A stretch of DNA of 64,000 bases. Origin: Candidatus Latescibacterota bacterium. GTDB taxonomy: Bacteria; Latescibacterota; UBA2968; UBA8231. The translations under genes and the position numbers were made by a program. The DNA is taken from positions 3,776,001 to 3,840,000 of the forward strand of contig CBDETY010000003.1 of the NCBI GenBank assembly GCA_965243025.1, given 5' to 3'. Of this stretch, positions 1 through 9,957 are shown in pieces (the first letter of the stretch is position 1; the number at the start of each line of letters is the position of its first letter). Below the pieces are notes generated by a model. The model was given only the letters and a program-made list of their open reading frames with translations. It was not told the origin of the DNA and did not search any database.

Positions 1-693
1 GTGCTGGGACCAGACGCCGAAGGTGAAGTGCAGGCCGCGCCGGCGGGTCTCCCCGGCGATGCGGATCAGCATCTCCAGGTGCCGCGAACGCTGCTCCGGG
101 GTGAAGCCGACCGGGCGGACCTGGGGGAACCCGGGGACTTCGAGGAGGAAGGGATAGGGCGGGGACAGGTAGGCGATCTGGTGGCCGAAGGTGAGGCTCA
201 GGTTGTTGTAGCGGCAGCGGGCCAGCCGGCCCAGGTACCCCTCCCAGAACCCGTCGTCGTAGAACCAGGTCTCCTCGAGCCGGCGGTTGCAGAGGAACAG
301 CTGCATGCTGCGCCAGGCCAGGTGCGGGGACTCGACCGCGGCAGGGATGGCCGCGAAAGCGTCCGCTTCCGGCGAAGCGAGCTCGACGGCTCGGGCCGCT
401 TCCAGGAGGGCGTAGGTCAGGCCGCGCTCGTCGCTGCCGCATATGAGGAACCCTTCGCCGGCGAGCGGCTGGAGGACCAGGGATTCCGGCGCCCCGGGAC
501 ATCGCACCCCGGTGCGGGCAAGGGCATCCTCTACCGCGGGGGACCGGCCTGCCAGGCCGATTACGAACCCGGGATCCGGTCCTGCCTCACCGGTGGTCTC
601 GACGGATTCCGCCCGGGCGCGGAGGGCGCGGCTCAGCTCCTCCAGGGCCCAGCGGGCCGCCGGGGGGAGCTCGGTATCGACAACGAGGTTCAT
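1..693 (-). CDS. Hypothetical glycoside-hydrolase-like protein, 5' part only (runs off the window edge); not in the ORF track
   Basis: Manual translation from ATG at 693 (preceded by GAAAGGC): MNLVVDTELPPAARWALEELSRAL...ICGSDERGLTYALLE...ESPHLAWRSMQLF...YLGRLARCRYNNLSL. The GSDERG..Y + P..xR + RYN pattern resembles the N-terminal region of GH20/GH67/GH115-like proteins. Confidence 0.6.
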   Translation of the reverse strand, partial: MNLVVDTELPPAARWALEELSRALRARAESVETTGEAGPDPGFVIGLAGRSPAVEDALARTGVRCPGAPESLVLQPLAGEGFLICGSDERGLTYALLEAARAVELASPEADAFAAIPAAVESPHLAWRSMQLFLCNRRLEETWFYDDGFWEGYLGRLARCRYNNLSLTFGHQIAYLSPPYPFLLEVPGFPQVRPVGFTPEQRSRHLEMLIRIAGETRRRGLHFTFGVWSQH

Positions 694-723
694 GCCTTTC
701 GGCTTCGACCCGCCTCGCCCATC

Positions 724-1875
724 TCACGGCCACAGGGCGTCTTCGTCCAGCAACGCACAGAAGCGGGGGAACGGCACAACCTCAATGCCATCGGCGGTTT
801 GCAGGGACGGGCCTTCGGGGTAGACGACCAGTCTCCGGCGCAGGCCCTTCAAGCCGGCGACCGCGCGCAAGCCCTTGCACCAGTTTTCCGCGAATGTCCT
901 GCCCGCCTTCACCTCCACGGCGACAAACTCGTTCTGGCGCTTGAGCAGAAAATCCACTTCGATTCCACTCGGCCCGGCACTTGCCCAGTAGAAAAACTCC
1001 TCGCATATCCCGCGATAGTCCCTGTAGCCCCGGATGAGCTGGGCGACCAACCCTTCGAAGAGGTGGCCCCGTTCTTCCGGGGCGAGGGGACCGGCCGATC
1101 GCTTGAGAGCGCGCACCATCCCGGGGTCGCACCAGTACCACTTGGGCAAGGTGCGCTCGCGCACCCGGAGCCTGGCCTGGAAGGCGGGCAGCTGGAAGCA
1201 GAGCAGGGTCTCCTCCAGGATTTCCAGGTAGCCGGTAACCGTGGTCCGGGCAACACCGGCCTCGCGGGCGATGTTGGCGGCATTGATCGACTGGCCGTGG
1301 AACAGGGCGGCAATGGGCAGAAAGCGCGCAAATCCGGACAGGTTGCGCACGAGGCCCTCGGCCTGGATTTCTTCGCGGAGATACATCCGGGCGTAGGCGG
1401 CCAGGGTTTCGTCTCTTTCCCCGGAAGCCCAGACAATGGGCAACAGGCCATAGCGCATTGCCTGCTCGAGGTCGAAGGCGTCGGCCAGTTCCGCCGGGAC
1501 GAAGGGGTGCATGGCGCGATGCAGGGCGCGCCCGGCGAGAAGGTTGACGCCTGCCCGCTTGAGCTTGCGGGCACTCGACCCGCACAGTACGAAGCGCAGC
1601 CCCCTTTCTTCGATGAAGCGATGGACCTCGTTGAGCAGGCCGGGCAGCCGCTGCATTTCGTCCAACACCACCCAGCGGCCGCTGTCGACGGTCCTGAGTT
1701 CGGCAGCGAGGAGGCCGGGATGAGCCAGCATGCGCTGGTAGGTCTCCTCGCTGAGCAGGTCGATCACGTGCGCGTCGGGAAAGGCGGAGCGGAGCCAGGT
1801 GCTCTTGCCGACACCGCGGGGCCCCATCAGGAAAAAGCTTTGACGGGGTGCCTGAAGGATCCGGGGAAGTATCAA
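724..1875 (-). CDS. AAA_14 family ATPase with C-terminal DUF4143 (PD-(D/E)xK-like) domain
   Basis: Walker A GPRGVGKS, Walker B VLDEMQ, GSSA motif, LAGR, KWYWCDPG, C-terminal EVDF...AVEVK. Confidence 0.9.
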   Translation of the reverse strand: MILPRILQAPRQSFFLMGPRGVGKSTWLRSAFPDAHVIDLLSEETYQRMLAHPGLLAAELRTVDSGRWVVLDEMQRLPGLLNEVHRFIEERGLRFVLCGSSARKLKRAGVNLLAGRALHRAMHPFVPAELADAFDLEQAMRYGLLPIVWASGERDETLAAYARMYLREEIQAEGLVRNLSGFARFLPIAALFHGQSINAANIAREAGVARTTVTGYLEILEETLLCFQLPAFQARLRVRERTLPKWYWCDPGMVRALKRSAGPLAPEERGHLFEGLVAQLIRGYRDYRGICEEFFYWASAGPSGIEVDFLLKRQNEFVAVEVKAGRTFAENWCKGLRAVAGLKGLRRRLVVYPEGPSLQTADGIEVVPFPRFCALLDEDALWP

Positions 1876-1928
1876 TTGTCTATCTTGTCGTCATTTTGCG
1901 CGATAAACTGACGACAACATAGGCAATT
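1874..1928. promoter_or_regulatory. Long imperfect inverted repeat at the start of the AAA ATPase gene (operator or hairpin)
   Basis: AATTGTCTATCTTGTCGTCA (1874-1893) vs TGACGACAACATAGGCAATT (1909-1928): 18/20 complementary, AT-rich. Confidence 0.6.
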
Positions 1929-2052
1929 AGAGCGATTGACCAAATTCCCGGTCCAAGGTCCTCACTCCGCCTGGACTCTGAGCGTTCCCTACCCCCGCCC
2001 GACGGGTGGTTCCAACGGAAGGCGCGCAAGCGCCGGATCCAGACTGAAAGCC

Positions 2053-4341
2053 TTACATCCCCACCCGGAACTCCCCCCCGCCCGCCGGAACCACCGCTGA
2101 GGCAAAGACGCAGCCCCCCTCCCGCGGAAAGGCGACCCTGACGCGGCAGGGGTAGTCCCATTCGGTCGCCACCCTGCCGGCGGCCACCCCCTCTCCGGGG
2201 CGCCACTCGACGACCTCCACCCCACCGCCCGAGAAGCTGAGATCGGTGCCGGCCAGGACCGGGCCGTCCCCCCGCCACGGGGCGACCCGCAGCAGCCGGC
2301 TGGCGTGCGGGGGCACGAGGCCGAGGTCGATGCTCTCTCCGGCGCCAACCACCCCGATCGCGGTCTCCGTGAAGAACTCCGTCACCAGGAAGCGGTCGGC
2401 GTGCAGCCCGCCGACGACTTCCCCGGAAAGGCTCGCCTCCATCCGCTGCGGGGCGTCGCTCCAGTTGATCAGGGCCAGGGTGTTCCAGGGTTCGAGGGCG
2501 CGGCAGCGGGGGGTCACGCGGGTGACGAGCCGCGACGGGGCAACCGGCTCGAACGGGTCGAGCGGCATCGCCGGGGAACCGATCGTCGGAATCGCGTGGC
2601 GCAGCAGGGCGCGCCGGTCCTCGTCGAGGTAACGGAACGCCTCTCCCAGGCAGACGATCTGGCCGCCGAGGTACTGGTTCAGCACCACGGTCCGCGTCTC
2701 GTCGTCGCTCAGCCTTCCGAGGGTGTAGGAGCCCATGACCCCCTCGACCAGCGGCTCTTCCCGGCGGCGCAGCAGCATGGCGTCCGGGTCGACGTGCCAG
2801 AGCCGGTGCATCCAGGTGCGCAGGAGGTTCTGCTTGATGCGCGGCTTCATCACCTCCCACCAGCCGCGCACGTCGCTGCCGCTGCGCTGGGCGTCGGCCA
2901 GTCCGAGCGAGCCGCCGAAGTGGCCGCCGCAGACGCACAGGTAGGCGTCGGGGCCGGCGCCGCGGCGGATCGCCTCCAGGCCGCGGCGGTAGGCCTCGAG
3001 CCGCGTCGCCGACCGATCGCTGAAGCGGATGGCCGGGTTGTTGAAGATGCCGCGCATGAAATCGAACTTGTGGTAGCGGTAGCCCCAGTCATGGGTCAGG
3101 GTGCGGTACAGCTGCTCGAGGTGGCCGCAGGCCCCGGGCGCGGTGGTGTCGAGGACGAGGCCGCTCATGTACTCGTAGGGCTCCCCGTCCGCGGTGGCCG
3201 CCATCCAGTCCGGGTGTTCCCTCGCCAGGGGCGAGTCCGGGTGGACGGTGTAGGGCGCCGTCCACAGCGCCGGGCCGTACCCGAGGTCCGCGATGCGCGC
3301 GGCGGCCGCCTTCATGCCGCCCGGCCACCTTTCCGGGTCGGGCTCCCAGTCCCCGCGGGCCCGCTCCCAGCCCCCGTCGATCAGGAAGAAATCCATAGGC
3401 ACCCGCCGGGCCGCGAGATCGGCGAGGTCCTGGTCGAACAGCTCTTCGCCGTAGGATTCGCCGTACGCCGAGAAGGAGCACCATACCGTCGGCGGCGAGG
3501 GGGCCGGGTCGACGCCGTGGCAGACTCCGACGCGGTCGGCGAACTCCGCGATCAGCCGGTTGGTTTCGCCGGCCGCGATCAGCAGCCACTGGCTCGCCCG
3601 CTCCTCCCCCGGCTCCACCGCCACGCCGTCGAGCTCGCACTCGGCCAGGAGCTGTTCCAGCCGGACTCCCTCCTCTTCGTCGGCGAACTTCAACAGGATA
3701 CGGGCAAGGTGGCCGGTCTGGCTGAGGTAGCCGATCAGCAGCGCCGGGGCCGCGCCGTCCCCCCGGGAGCGCAGCATGCAGAAGGGGTCGGCGCGAACCA
3801 GGGTGGTTCCCTCTTCGACCCCGGGTACAACCTCCCCGGTAGGGCCGACCGGTTTCACCGCCATCTCAAGGTCGGCGTCGGCAACCCCGGGGCGAAACGC
3901 GGTGGGACCGTCGTTCTTGAAACGCTTCTGCACGAGGACGTCCCATTCCCCGGCGCCGCGCCCCGCCAGCAGCAGGCTCTCCGGACCGTCGCATCTAAGC
4001 GGAAGCAGCGCCTGCAGCCGGATCGGCCGTTCGCCGCGGTTGACCAGGACCTGCCGGACGGCGGCCGAGCCGCGGTCATGCGCCTGCCACACCTCCCGGC
4101 GCAGCTCGTACCCGGAGGCTTCGAAGCCGTCGGCGACCACGGCACCGGCAACCCCGGCGAGCTCGAGCGGGGACTCCCCGCGGCCGGCGTGCCGCCATTC
4201 CCGCGGCGGGGGCGGGTCCGCATCGGGCGGGGTCCAGGTGCTGGTGATGGAGGCGGTCTCCCCCCGCTCCGGGGAAGCCGCGGTCAGCCGCCATGGCAAC
4301 ACCGCCGCAGGAAGATCGGTTTCGATTCGAGCCGCGCTCAT
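2053..4341 (-). CDS. Alpha-galactosidase-like glycoside hydrolase (GH36/GH27 clan D)
   Basis: VWCSF, FLIDGGW, YHKFDF (nucleophile Asp), QRSGSD, VDPD motifs. Start moved to ATG 4341 (MSAARIETD) because the longer ORF overlaps the TA pair on the opposite strand. Confidence 0.85.
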   Translation of the reverse strand: MSAARIETDLPAAVLPWRLTAASPERGETASITSTWTPPDADPPPPREWRHAGRGESPLELAGVAGAVVADGFEASGYELRREVWQAHDRGSAAVRQVLVNRGERPIRLQALLPLRCDGPESLLLAGRGAGEWDVLVQKRFKNDGPTAFRPGVADADLEMAVKPVGPTGEVVPGVEEGTTLVRADPFCMLRSRGDGAAPALLIGYLSQTGHLARILLKFADEEEGVRLEQLLAECELDGVAVEPGEERASQWLLIAAGETNRLIAEFADRVGVCHGVDPAPSPPTVWCSFSAYGESYGEELFDQDLADLAARRVPMDFFLIDGGWERARGDWEPDPERWPGGMKAAAARIADLGYGPALWTAPYTVHPDSPLAREHPDWMAATADGEPYEYMSGLVLDTTAPGACGHLEQLYRTLTHDWGYRYHKFDFMRGIFNNPAIRFSDRSATRLEAYRRGLEAIRRGAGPDAYLCVCGGHFGGSLGLADAQRSGSDVRGWWEVMKPRIKQNLLRTWMHRLWHVDPDAMLLRRREEPLVEGVMGSYTLGRLSDDETRTVVLNQYLGGQIVCLGEAFRYLDEDRRALLRHAIPTIGSPAMPLDPFEPVAPSRLVTRVTPRCRALEPWNTLALINWSDAPQRMEASLSGEVVGGLHADRFLVTEFFTETAIGVVGAGESIDLGLVPPHASRLLRVAPWRGDGPVLAGTDLSFSGGGVEVVEWRPGEGVAAGRVATEWDYPCRVRVAFPREGGCVFASAVVPAGGGEFRVGM

Positions 4342-4530
4342 GGAAACCGAACCGGCGTTTCCACCGCTTGGGAGCCGCCGATGTCGGGCAACCCCGTCAG
4401 CACGCGCACACCGTCGATTCGGCCAGCACGGGCCCTCCGCGAAAGCCGACCCACTCCGCGGCTGCAACAGGAGGTCTTTCGAAACGCATTCATTATTGCC
4501 TGCATCACCCTCAATGCCTACAATGGAGGC

Positions 4531-4929
4531 ATGGCCATCCTCAATATCCGCAGACTCAGCGACGACGTGCACGCCCGACTGCGAGTCCGCGCCGCCCGCG
4601 CTGGCCGCAGCATGGAGGCCGAGGCCCGGGAAATCCTCGCCCGTGCCTGCGCCGGGACTTACGATGCACCCGGAGGCAGCAGCGAGGTTCGGGACGCCGC
4701 CGGCTCCAGCCTCTCTCTCAATCTGACTCCCGGGCAGCTTCATTCCGCCCAGCGCCACGCCGAGCGCCGCGGGACGACCCTGGAGGATCTCCTGCGGCAG
4801 CTTCTCGAGCGCGAGTTGGCCGACAACGATGCAGGCCGGTGGTCCGACGATCTCTTCGGCCGCATGGACGCGGCGGGGGGAGACTCCGGAGGGGCGACCT
4901 GGACCCGCGACGAGCTCCATCGTGTCTAA
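4531..4929 (+). CDS. Antitoxin with two ribbon-helix-helix domains (FitA/StbC-like N-terminal domain plus DUF6364-like C-terminal domain)
   Basis: GGAGG RBS then ATG 4531. MAILNIRRLSDDVHARLRVRAARAGRSMEAEAREIL is FitA-like; the second unit LSLNLT...HAERRGTTLEDLLRQLLE...WTRDELH is also RHH-like. Overlaps the PIN gene. Confidence 0.8.
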   Translation: MAILNIRRLSDDVHARLRVRAARAGRSMEAEAREILARACAGTYDAPGGSSEVRDAAGSSLSLNLTPGQLHSAQRHAERRGTTLEDLLRQLLERELADNDAGRWSDDLFGRMDAAGGDSGGATWTRDELHRV

Positions 4930-5359
4930 TCCGCGGGTCTTCCTCGATACCAACGTCCTCCTCTACACCGCCGACCGGCACGACCCTGTCCGCCAAAGCC
5001 GCTGCCGTTCCCACCTGAGGGCCCTGTCCGAATCGGGGTGCGCCGTCATCTCCACCCAGGTGTTGCAGGAGTTCTACGCGGCCGCCACTCTCAAGCTCGG
5101 CATCGCACCGCCGAAAGCGCGTGAGATCCTCACCTCCCTCCGTCAGATCCCCACCGTCACCCTGACCCCCGACCTCATCGACCAGGCCATCGTCTGCCAC
5201 CAGGCCGACCGGATCTCATTCCGGGACGCCCTCATCATCGTCGCCGCCGGCAGTGCCGACTGCTCCATATTGCTCTCCGAGGACCTCAACGCCGGGCAAA
5301 CCATTCGCGGGGTCCGCGTCGAAAACCCGTCGACCTGGGAGGTCGAACCGGGGGCCTAG
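4922..5359 (+). CDS. vapC: PIN-domain toxin (VapC family)
   Basis: VFLDTNVLLY, STQVLQEF, FRDALI, LLSEDL. GTG start overlaps the end of the antitoxin. Confidence 0.9.
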   Translation: MSNPRVFLDTNVLLYTADRHDPVRQSRCRSHLRALSESGCAVISTQVLQEFYAAATLKLGIAPPKAREILTSLRQIPTVTLTPDLIDQAIVCHQADRISFRDALIIVAAGSADCSILLSEDLNAGQTIRGVRVENPSTWEVEPGA

Positions 5360-5463
5360 GCTGCCCGCCGACCACTTTCCTGCCACACCCCGAACAAGGA
5401 GCAGTCCCGGAACCTTGCGCCGGTGAGGCATAGGCGCAGGGACCCAATCGGCCGGCGCACCTC

Positions 5464-6480
5464 TCACTCCTTCGCGACGAACTGGATCCACAGCGGACTG
5501 CCGCCGACGTCGTGGCGCTCGAGCGTCTCGAGGGAGCCGTCCGCCGGATCGATCCGGTACGAGACCAGCCTGTCCGAGTCCTGGCCCGCTGAATACAGGT
5601 AGCGCCCCCCCGGGGCGATGTCGAAGAAACGCGGCGTCGCCTCGGTCTCGAAGCGGCCCTTCGCCGCCAGTCTGCCGTTCCCCCCCACCTCGAACAGCGC
5701 CAGGGTGTCGTGGCCGCGGTTGGAGGCGTAGAGGTGGCGGCCGTCCGCGCTGATCCTGATCTCGGCCGTGCTCTTGCCCTCGAGGTCGGTTCCCTCCGGC
5801 ACCGTGGAAATCAGCTGGAACGGCTCCAGCGTCCCCCTGTCCGGGTCGAAGCGGAAGGCGGAGACGGTGCTGCCGTTCTCGTTGACCGAGTAGAGGAAGT
5901 CCTCCCGCGGGTGGAAGACGAAATGGCGCGGCCCTTCCTCGCTCTCCGGCCCGGCGACGGGCGGGTCGTTGGGGGTCAGCTCGCCGCTGCTTTCGTCGAA
6001 GCGGAACTGGTGGATGGAGTTGGCCGGGTTGGTGTGCGGAACGAAGGCGAAGCGGTTGCTGCGGTCGGTCTGGATGCTGTGGGCGTGGGTCTCGGTGTCG
6101 AGCCACTGCAGCTGTTCCCCGACCGTGCCGTCCGCCTCGATGCGGTGCGACGTCACCCCGGCCGCCCCGTAGTAGGCGGCCAGCAGGAAACGGCCGCTGT
6201 TGTCGAGGTAGAGATAGGGCGGACCTTCGACGAGGGAGGCGGCCCCCATTCGTGTGAGGGCGCCCGAATCCTTGTCGATCCGGAAGCTGACGACGTCGCC
6301 GCTCGGCCGCAGGCAGACGTACATCACCGTCTCCCCGGCGTTGGTCGCCACCGCCCCGGGAGCCCCGCCGAGGTCGATGTCGGGCTGCGGGGCGAGCTTT
6401 CCCGAGTCCTCGTCCATGATGAAGTGGGACAGGAACTCGCTTCCTGAGTTGGAGACGTAAAGGTGACGTGCCATGGTCAT
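5464..6480 (-). CDS. pgl: Lactonase family beta-propeller (6-phosphogluconolactonase-like)
   Basis: HAHS, GPRHFVFHP, LYASNRGHD, TPRFF motifs. Confidence 0.85.
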   Translation of the reverse strand: MTMARHLYVSNSGSEFLSHFIMDEDSGKLAPQPDIDLGGAPGAVATNAGETVMYVCLRPSGDVVSFRIDKDSGALTRMGAASLVEGPPYLYLDNSGRFLLAAYYGAAGVTSHRIEADGTVGEQLQWLDTETHAHSIQTDRSNRFAFVPHTNPANSIHQFRFDESSGELTPNDPPVAGPESEEGPRHFVFHPREDFLYSVNENGSTVSAFRFDPDRGTLEPFQLISTVPEGTDLEGKSTAEIRISADGRHLYASNRGHDTLALFEVGGNGRLAAKGRFETEATPRFFDIAPGGRYLYSAGQDSDRLVSYRIDPADGSLETLERHDVGGSPLWIQFVAKE

Positions 6481-6606
6481 TGCTCCTCTCGATGTATTGT
6501 GCGGCTCCGCAGAGTCGCGGGTTTGAATTTGTTTTTTATCAATCTCAGGGGCGGTCGCCCACTCCCGGCAACCCCCGCGCCCCGGGCAGGGCGGCTCCCG
6601 GGTGCC

Positions 6607-7935
6607 TCACTCCCCGATGCGCCGGCTTTCGAGGTAGTAGCGCTTCTCCTCCGCATCTCCCAGGGAGAACGACTTCCTCGGCAGGGGGCCGTCGCGGAGG
6701 ATGGTGCGGAACAGGCTCTCCTTGTCGGGCGCCTCGGTGAAGAAGCCGACGTTGCCGGGCAGGCTGCCGAGCTCTTCCACACGGTCGCCGCCGTGGATGT
6801 AGTCGACGCGGTGCCGGACTCCGGCGCCGCCGAGGAAGCTCTGCAGCGAGGCCACTGCGAGCTGCTGCCGCGGCCGGTGTATGGTGGCGATGCCGAGGCG
6901 GCGGCTGGCGACGAACGGCAGGTGCTGGACGCCTCGGTCGAGACCTTCGCGCGCCTTCTCCCACTGCTGCCGGTCGGCAAAATCGGTGACCTCGAGGTGC
7001 GACCCCCTTAAGCGGCAGTGGTCGGAAAACGACGACAGCAGCTCGTCCGCGTCGGTCTCGAAGACGACGCGGTGGATGGGCTCGAAGCGCAGGCCGGGGT
7101 CGTGCAGGTTGACCAGCTCGACCAGGGCGTGGCGCGCCGGGTGATCGGCCGGCGCCCCGTTGCGCTTCTCCTCCTCCCAGACCTCGCGGGCGGCCGCCAG
7201 CGAGTGGTTGCCGTCCCCGACCGCGTACAGCAGCGGCGCCGCTTCCCGGAAAGCCCCGTAGCGGGCGGCGAACCCGGAGGCGAGAGAGGAGAGGGCGCCG
7301 GCCGCGGCGGCGATGCGCTCCGGCTCCCGGACGTGCCATCCCCGCAGGCGGCCCCCTCCCATCATCAGCTCGAAGTCGTAGAGCAGGGGCAGCTCGTCGC
7401 GGCGGTCGAACAGCGGCCCGATCGCGGTGTTGTCCGGGTCGTCGATCAGCACCATCACGTGGGGCAGCTCCAGCGGCGCGCCGCGGCGGATCTCGATACG
7501 GGGCGGCAGCCGCTCCGGATCGGTCTCCTCGGTGCCGCGGATCAGCGTCCGGGCGCCGGGGGCGAAGCCGTACTGGTCGAGGTCGAGGCAGACCAGCAGC
7601 CCCTTGCGGGACGGGGTGCGCGGCGTCTCGCGGTCGACGAGGACGAACCCGGCCGGCAGCGGCTCGAGAATCCCGTTGTCGAGGTAGCGGCGCATCTGCC
7701 GGTTGATCCGCTCGATCCGACGGGGGCGGTCGAGGCCGCCGAGATGGACCTCGGGAAAGATCGCGCGCAGGGTCGAGGGGGCCTCCCCCACCAGCTCCCC
7801 GACCTGCCGCCAGTACTCGGGGGCGGTGGCGTACTGATCGCAGGCGATGACCGCCCAGCTGTCGAGCGCCACGCCCGATTTCGGCAGCAGAATTTCGGGA
7901 ACCTGCAGGGCGACCTGGGGGTAGCCGGGCGGCAT
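6607..7935 (-). CDS. DUF1015 family protein
   Basis: WAVIACDQY, IRGTEET...RLPPR, LELPH, YAVGDGNHSLA, LPRKSFSLG...KRYYLE. Confidence 0.85.
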   Translation of the reverse strand: MPPGYPQVALQVPEILLPKSGVALDSWAVIACDQYATAPEYWRQVGELVGEAPSTLRAIFPEVHLGGLDRPRRIERINRQMRRYLDNGILEPLPAGFVLVDRETPRTPSRKGLLVCLDLDQYGFAPGARTLIRGTEETDPERLPPRIEIRRGAPLELPHVMVLIDDPDNTAIGPLFDRRDELPLLYDFELMMGGGRLRGWHVREPERIAAAAGALSSLASGFAARYGAFREAAPLLYAVGDGNHSLAAAREVWEEEKRNGAPADHPARHALVELVNLHDPGLRFEPIHRVVFETDADELLSSFSDHCRLRGSHLEVTDFADRQQWEKAREGLDRGVQHLPFVASRRLGIATIHRPRQQLAVASLQSFLGGAGVRHRVDYIHGGDRVEELGSLPGNVGFFTEAPDKESLFRTILRDGPLPRKSFSLGDAEEKRYYLESRRIGE

Positions 7936-7936
7936 G

Positions 7937-8767
7937 CTACCAGTCCATCAGGCTCCGCAGGTACTTCACCGCCCTGGGGACGGCGGTGGCCTCGGCCTCG
8001 ACGTCCTGCCCTTCGTAGACCACCGAGCACCAGCCGTTGAAGTCGACCCCCTTCAGGATCCCGAAGATGCGCGGGTAGTCGAGCCACTGCTCGGCGCCCG
8101 ACTCGATGCGGTAGATCTTGCAGCGCACGTGCACGGCCAGCGGCGCGGTCTCGGCGATCGAGCCGTAGAAATCCAGCGCCGGATCCTCCCTGCCGCGCTG
8201 CCCGGAGGCGCCCGGAGAGCCGACGTACTGCCCGGTGTCGAGGATGTGGGAGAAATACGGGTCGTCCACCTCCTCGATGATGCGCCGCACGTCCTTTCCG
8301 GTCCGGGTGACGCAGCCGTGGTTGTGGTTGTGCAGGCCGACCACCACCCCCTGCCCGCGGCCGTGGGCGGCGACCTCCTTCAGGCAGGGGATCATCCGCG
8401 CCCACGTCGCCTCCTCGGTGTCCCCTTCGGGAATCCAGGCGGCGAACACCCGCACCAGGGGGATCCCCATGAAGGCGGCGACGTCGATCCAGTGCTTTGC
8501 CGCCTCGACCTGGCCGTCTAGCTCCTCCTGGTCAAGGACCCCGAAGTTCGAGCTCACCCCGATGTAGGACAGGGCCAGCCCGTGATCGACGGCGCGCCTG
8601 CGCACCCCCCGCAGGTAGTCCGGCTCTTCCGAGGCGAAGGAGCCGGTGTGCAGATCGACTCCGTCGAGGCGCAGCTGCCGCGCCCGGTCGAGGAACCCCT
8701 CGAGGTCGAGGGTGCCGGCGGCGAACTCGTCCTTGTAGCTGAGGGACATGCATCCCAGCTTCAGCAT
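7937..8767 (-). CDS. Sugar phosphate isomerase/epimerase (xylose isomerase-like TIM barrel)
   Basis: VRVF, LHNHNH, LDTG, HVRCK, VVYEG. Confidence 0.85.
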   Translation of the reverse strand: MLKLGCMSLSYKDEFAAGTLDLEGFLDRARQLRLDGVDLHTGSFASEEPDYLRGVRRRAVDHGLALSYIGVSSNFGVLDQEELDGQVEAAKHWIDVAAFMGIPLVRVFAAWIPEGDTEEATWARMIPCLKEVAAHGRGQGVVVGLHNHNHGCVTRTGKDVRRIIEEVDDPYFSHILDTGQYVGSPGASGQRGREDPALDFYGSIAETAPLAVHVRCKIYRIESGAEQWLDYPRIFGILKGVDFNGWCSVVYEGQDVEAEATAVPRAVKYLRSLMDW

Positions 8768-8973
8768 GGCGTTATCGACTCCCGGTGAACGGTGCAGCGG
8801 TTATGGCGGAGGGAGAGGCCAAGATAGGCCGTCCGCGTGGTGACGCAACGCACCGGAGAGTCCGTGTTGCGCCCGTCCCTTGTTGTCGTTATCGATTGGG
8901 CCGCGCGCCGGTCGGAATTTCTGCAGTTGCAGGCGCCGCGGCGCGCGTTTCCGCGAGTCCCCGACAGCCCGGG

Positions 8974-9810
8974 ATGGAAGTGATGGAAAACCTGAAGCCC
9001 GATGAATCAGCCAGTACGGCCCTGAGCGGCGAAGAGATCGAGTTCTTCCAGCGCGAGGGATACCTCGTGCTCCCGGGGCTGATCGAGCCGGAGCACAACG
9101 CCCGCCTGATGGCCGAGGTCGACGAAATGGTGGGGCACCGGGCAGCCGGCGACCACCGCATGCTCGTCACCTACCGCGAGATGGGGCTGCTGACCTCCCA
9201 CCCGCCGGCGATCGCCGCGGTCGCCTCCCTCATGGGGGGATCGCGCTTCGCCATGCACCACATCCACTCCAACCGCTTCGACGAGGGGGCCTCCGGCGTC
9301 GGCTGGCACCAGGACTACGAGCAGCACCCGCAGACCAACCGCTCGCACCTGATGGTGCACGTCTTCTACTACCTGAACGGCCTCAACGGAGAGATCGGCG
9401 ACCTGCTCATCCTGCCGGGGTCGCACGACCTCGTGGCGCAGCGGGACCTGAGAATGCTGGGAACCGCGGACCTGGAGGGGTCGCTCTGCTTCGACGACCT
9501 CGAGCCGGGGTCGGCGGTCGTCGTGCACTCGGCGGTCTGGCACGCGCGCCGTCCCAGGCCGGGAGGCCGCGAGCGGCCCCGCTATTTCATCGACGTATCC
9601 TACTGCCAGAACGGGGTGCTCTGGCCCGCCTACGACGCCACCGGCCGAATCAACGCGAGGGCGCTGGAGGCCGGGCTCGACCGCAACCGGCGCTACGCCT
9701 TCCTCTACGACAGCTCGCAGTTCTACGACCACCGCGCCCTGTCCGAACCCTTCGAGGAGGTCAACCGGGGCAGCCTGGTCACGCGGCTGGTCCCGCCCCA
9801 AACGGAGTGA
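8974..9810 (+). CDS. PhyH-family Fe(II)/2OG dioxygenase
   Basis: FFQREGYLVL, WHQD, YYLN, LPGSH, VWHAR; start approximate. Confidence 0.85.
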   Translation: MEVMENLKPDESASTALSGEEIEFFQREGYLVLPGLIEPEHNARLMAEVDEMVGHRAAGDHRMLVTYREMGLLTSHPPAIAAVASLMGGSRFAMHHIHSNRFDEGASGVGWHQDYEQHPQTNRSHLMVHVFYYLNGLNGEIGDLLILPGSHDLVAQRDLRMLGTADLEGSLCFDDLEPGSAVVVHSAVWHARRPRPGGRERPRYFIDVSYCQNGVLWPAYDATGRINARALEAGLDRNRRYAFLYDSSQFYDHRALSEPFEEVNRGSLVTRLVPPQTE

Positions 9811-9957
9811 GCCAACCGGCGCGGCGAAACCCGGAGCCCGCGGGGTTGATCGCCAGCCCTTGCGACCCGCCCGGCTGCTGCCGCAGCGGCAGCGGCGGGA
9901 CAGTCCTTCCGGTTACTCCGGAAAACTCCCCAGGGCGCCCGCGGCGCGCGGCACCGC

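Noticed and set aside
1-1911. 636-aa plus-strand ORF and the many other long overlapping ORFs (e.g. 2305..4929, 27097..30534, 23969..26329)
   Set aside because: Antisense or alternate-frame shadows typical of high-GC DNA; the opposite strand or frame carries the recognisable motifs.
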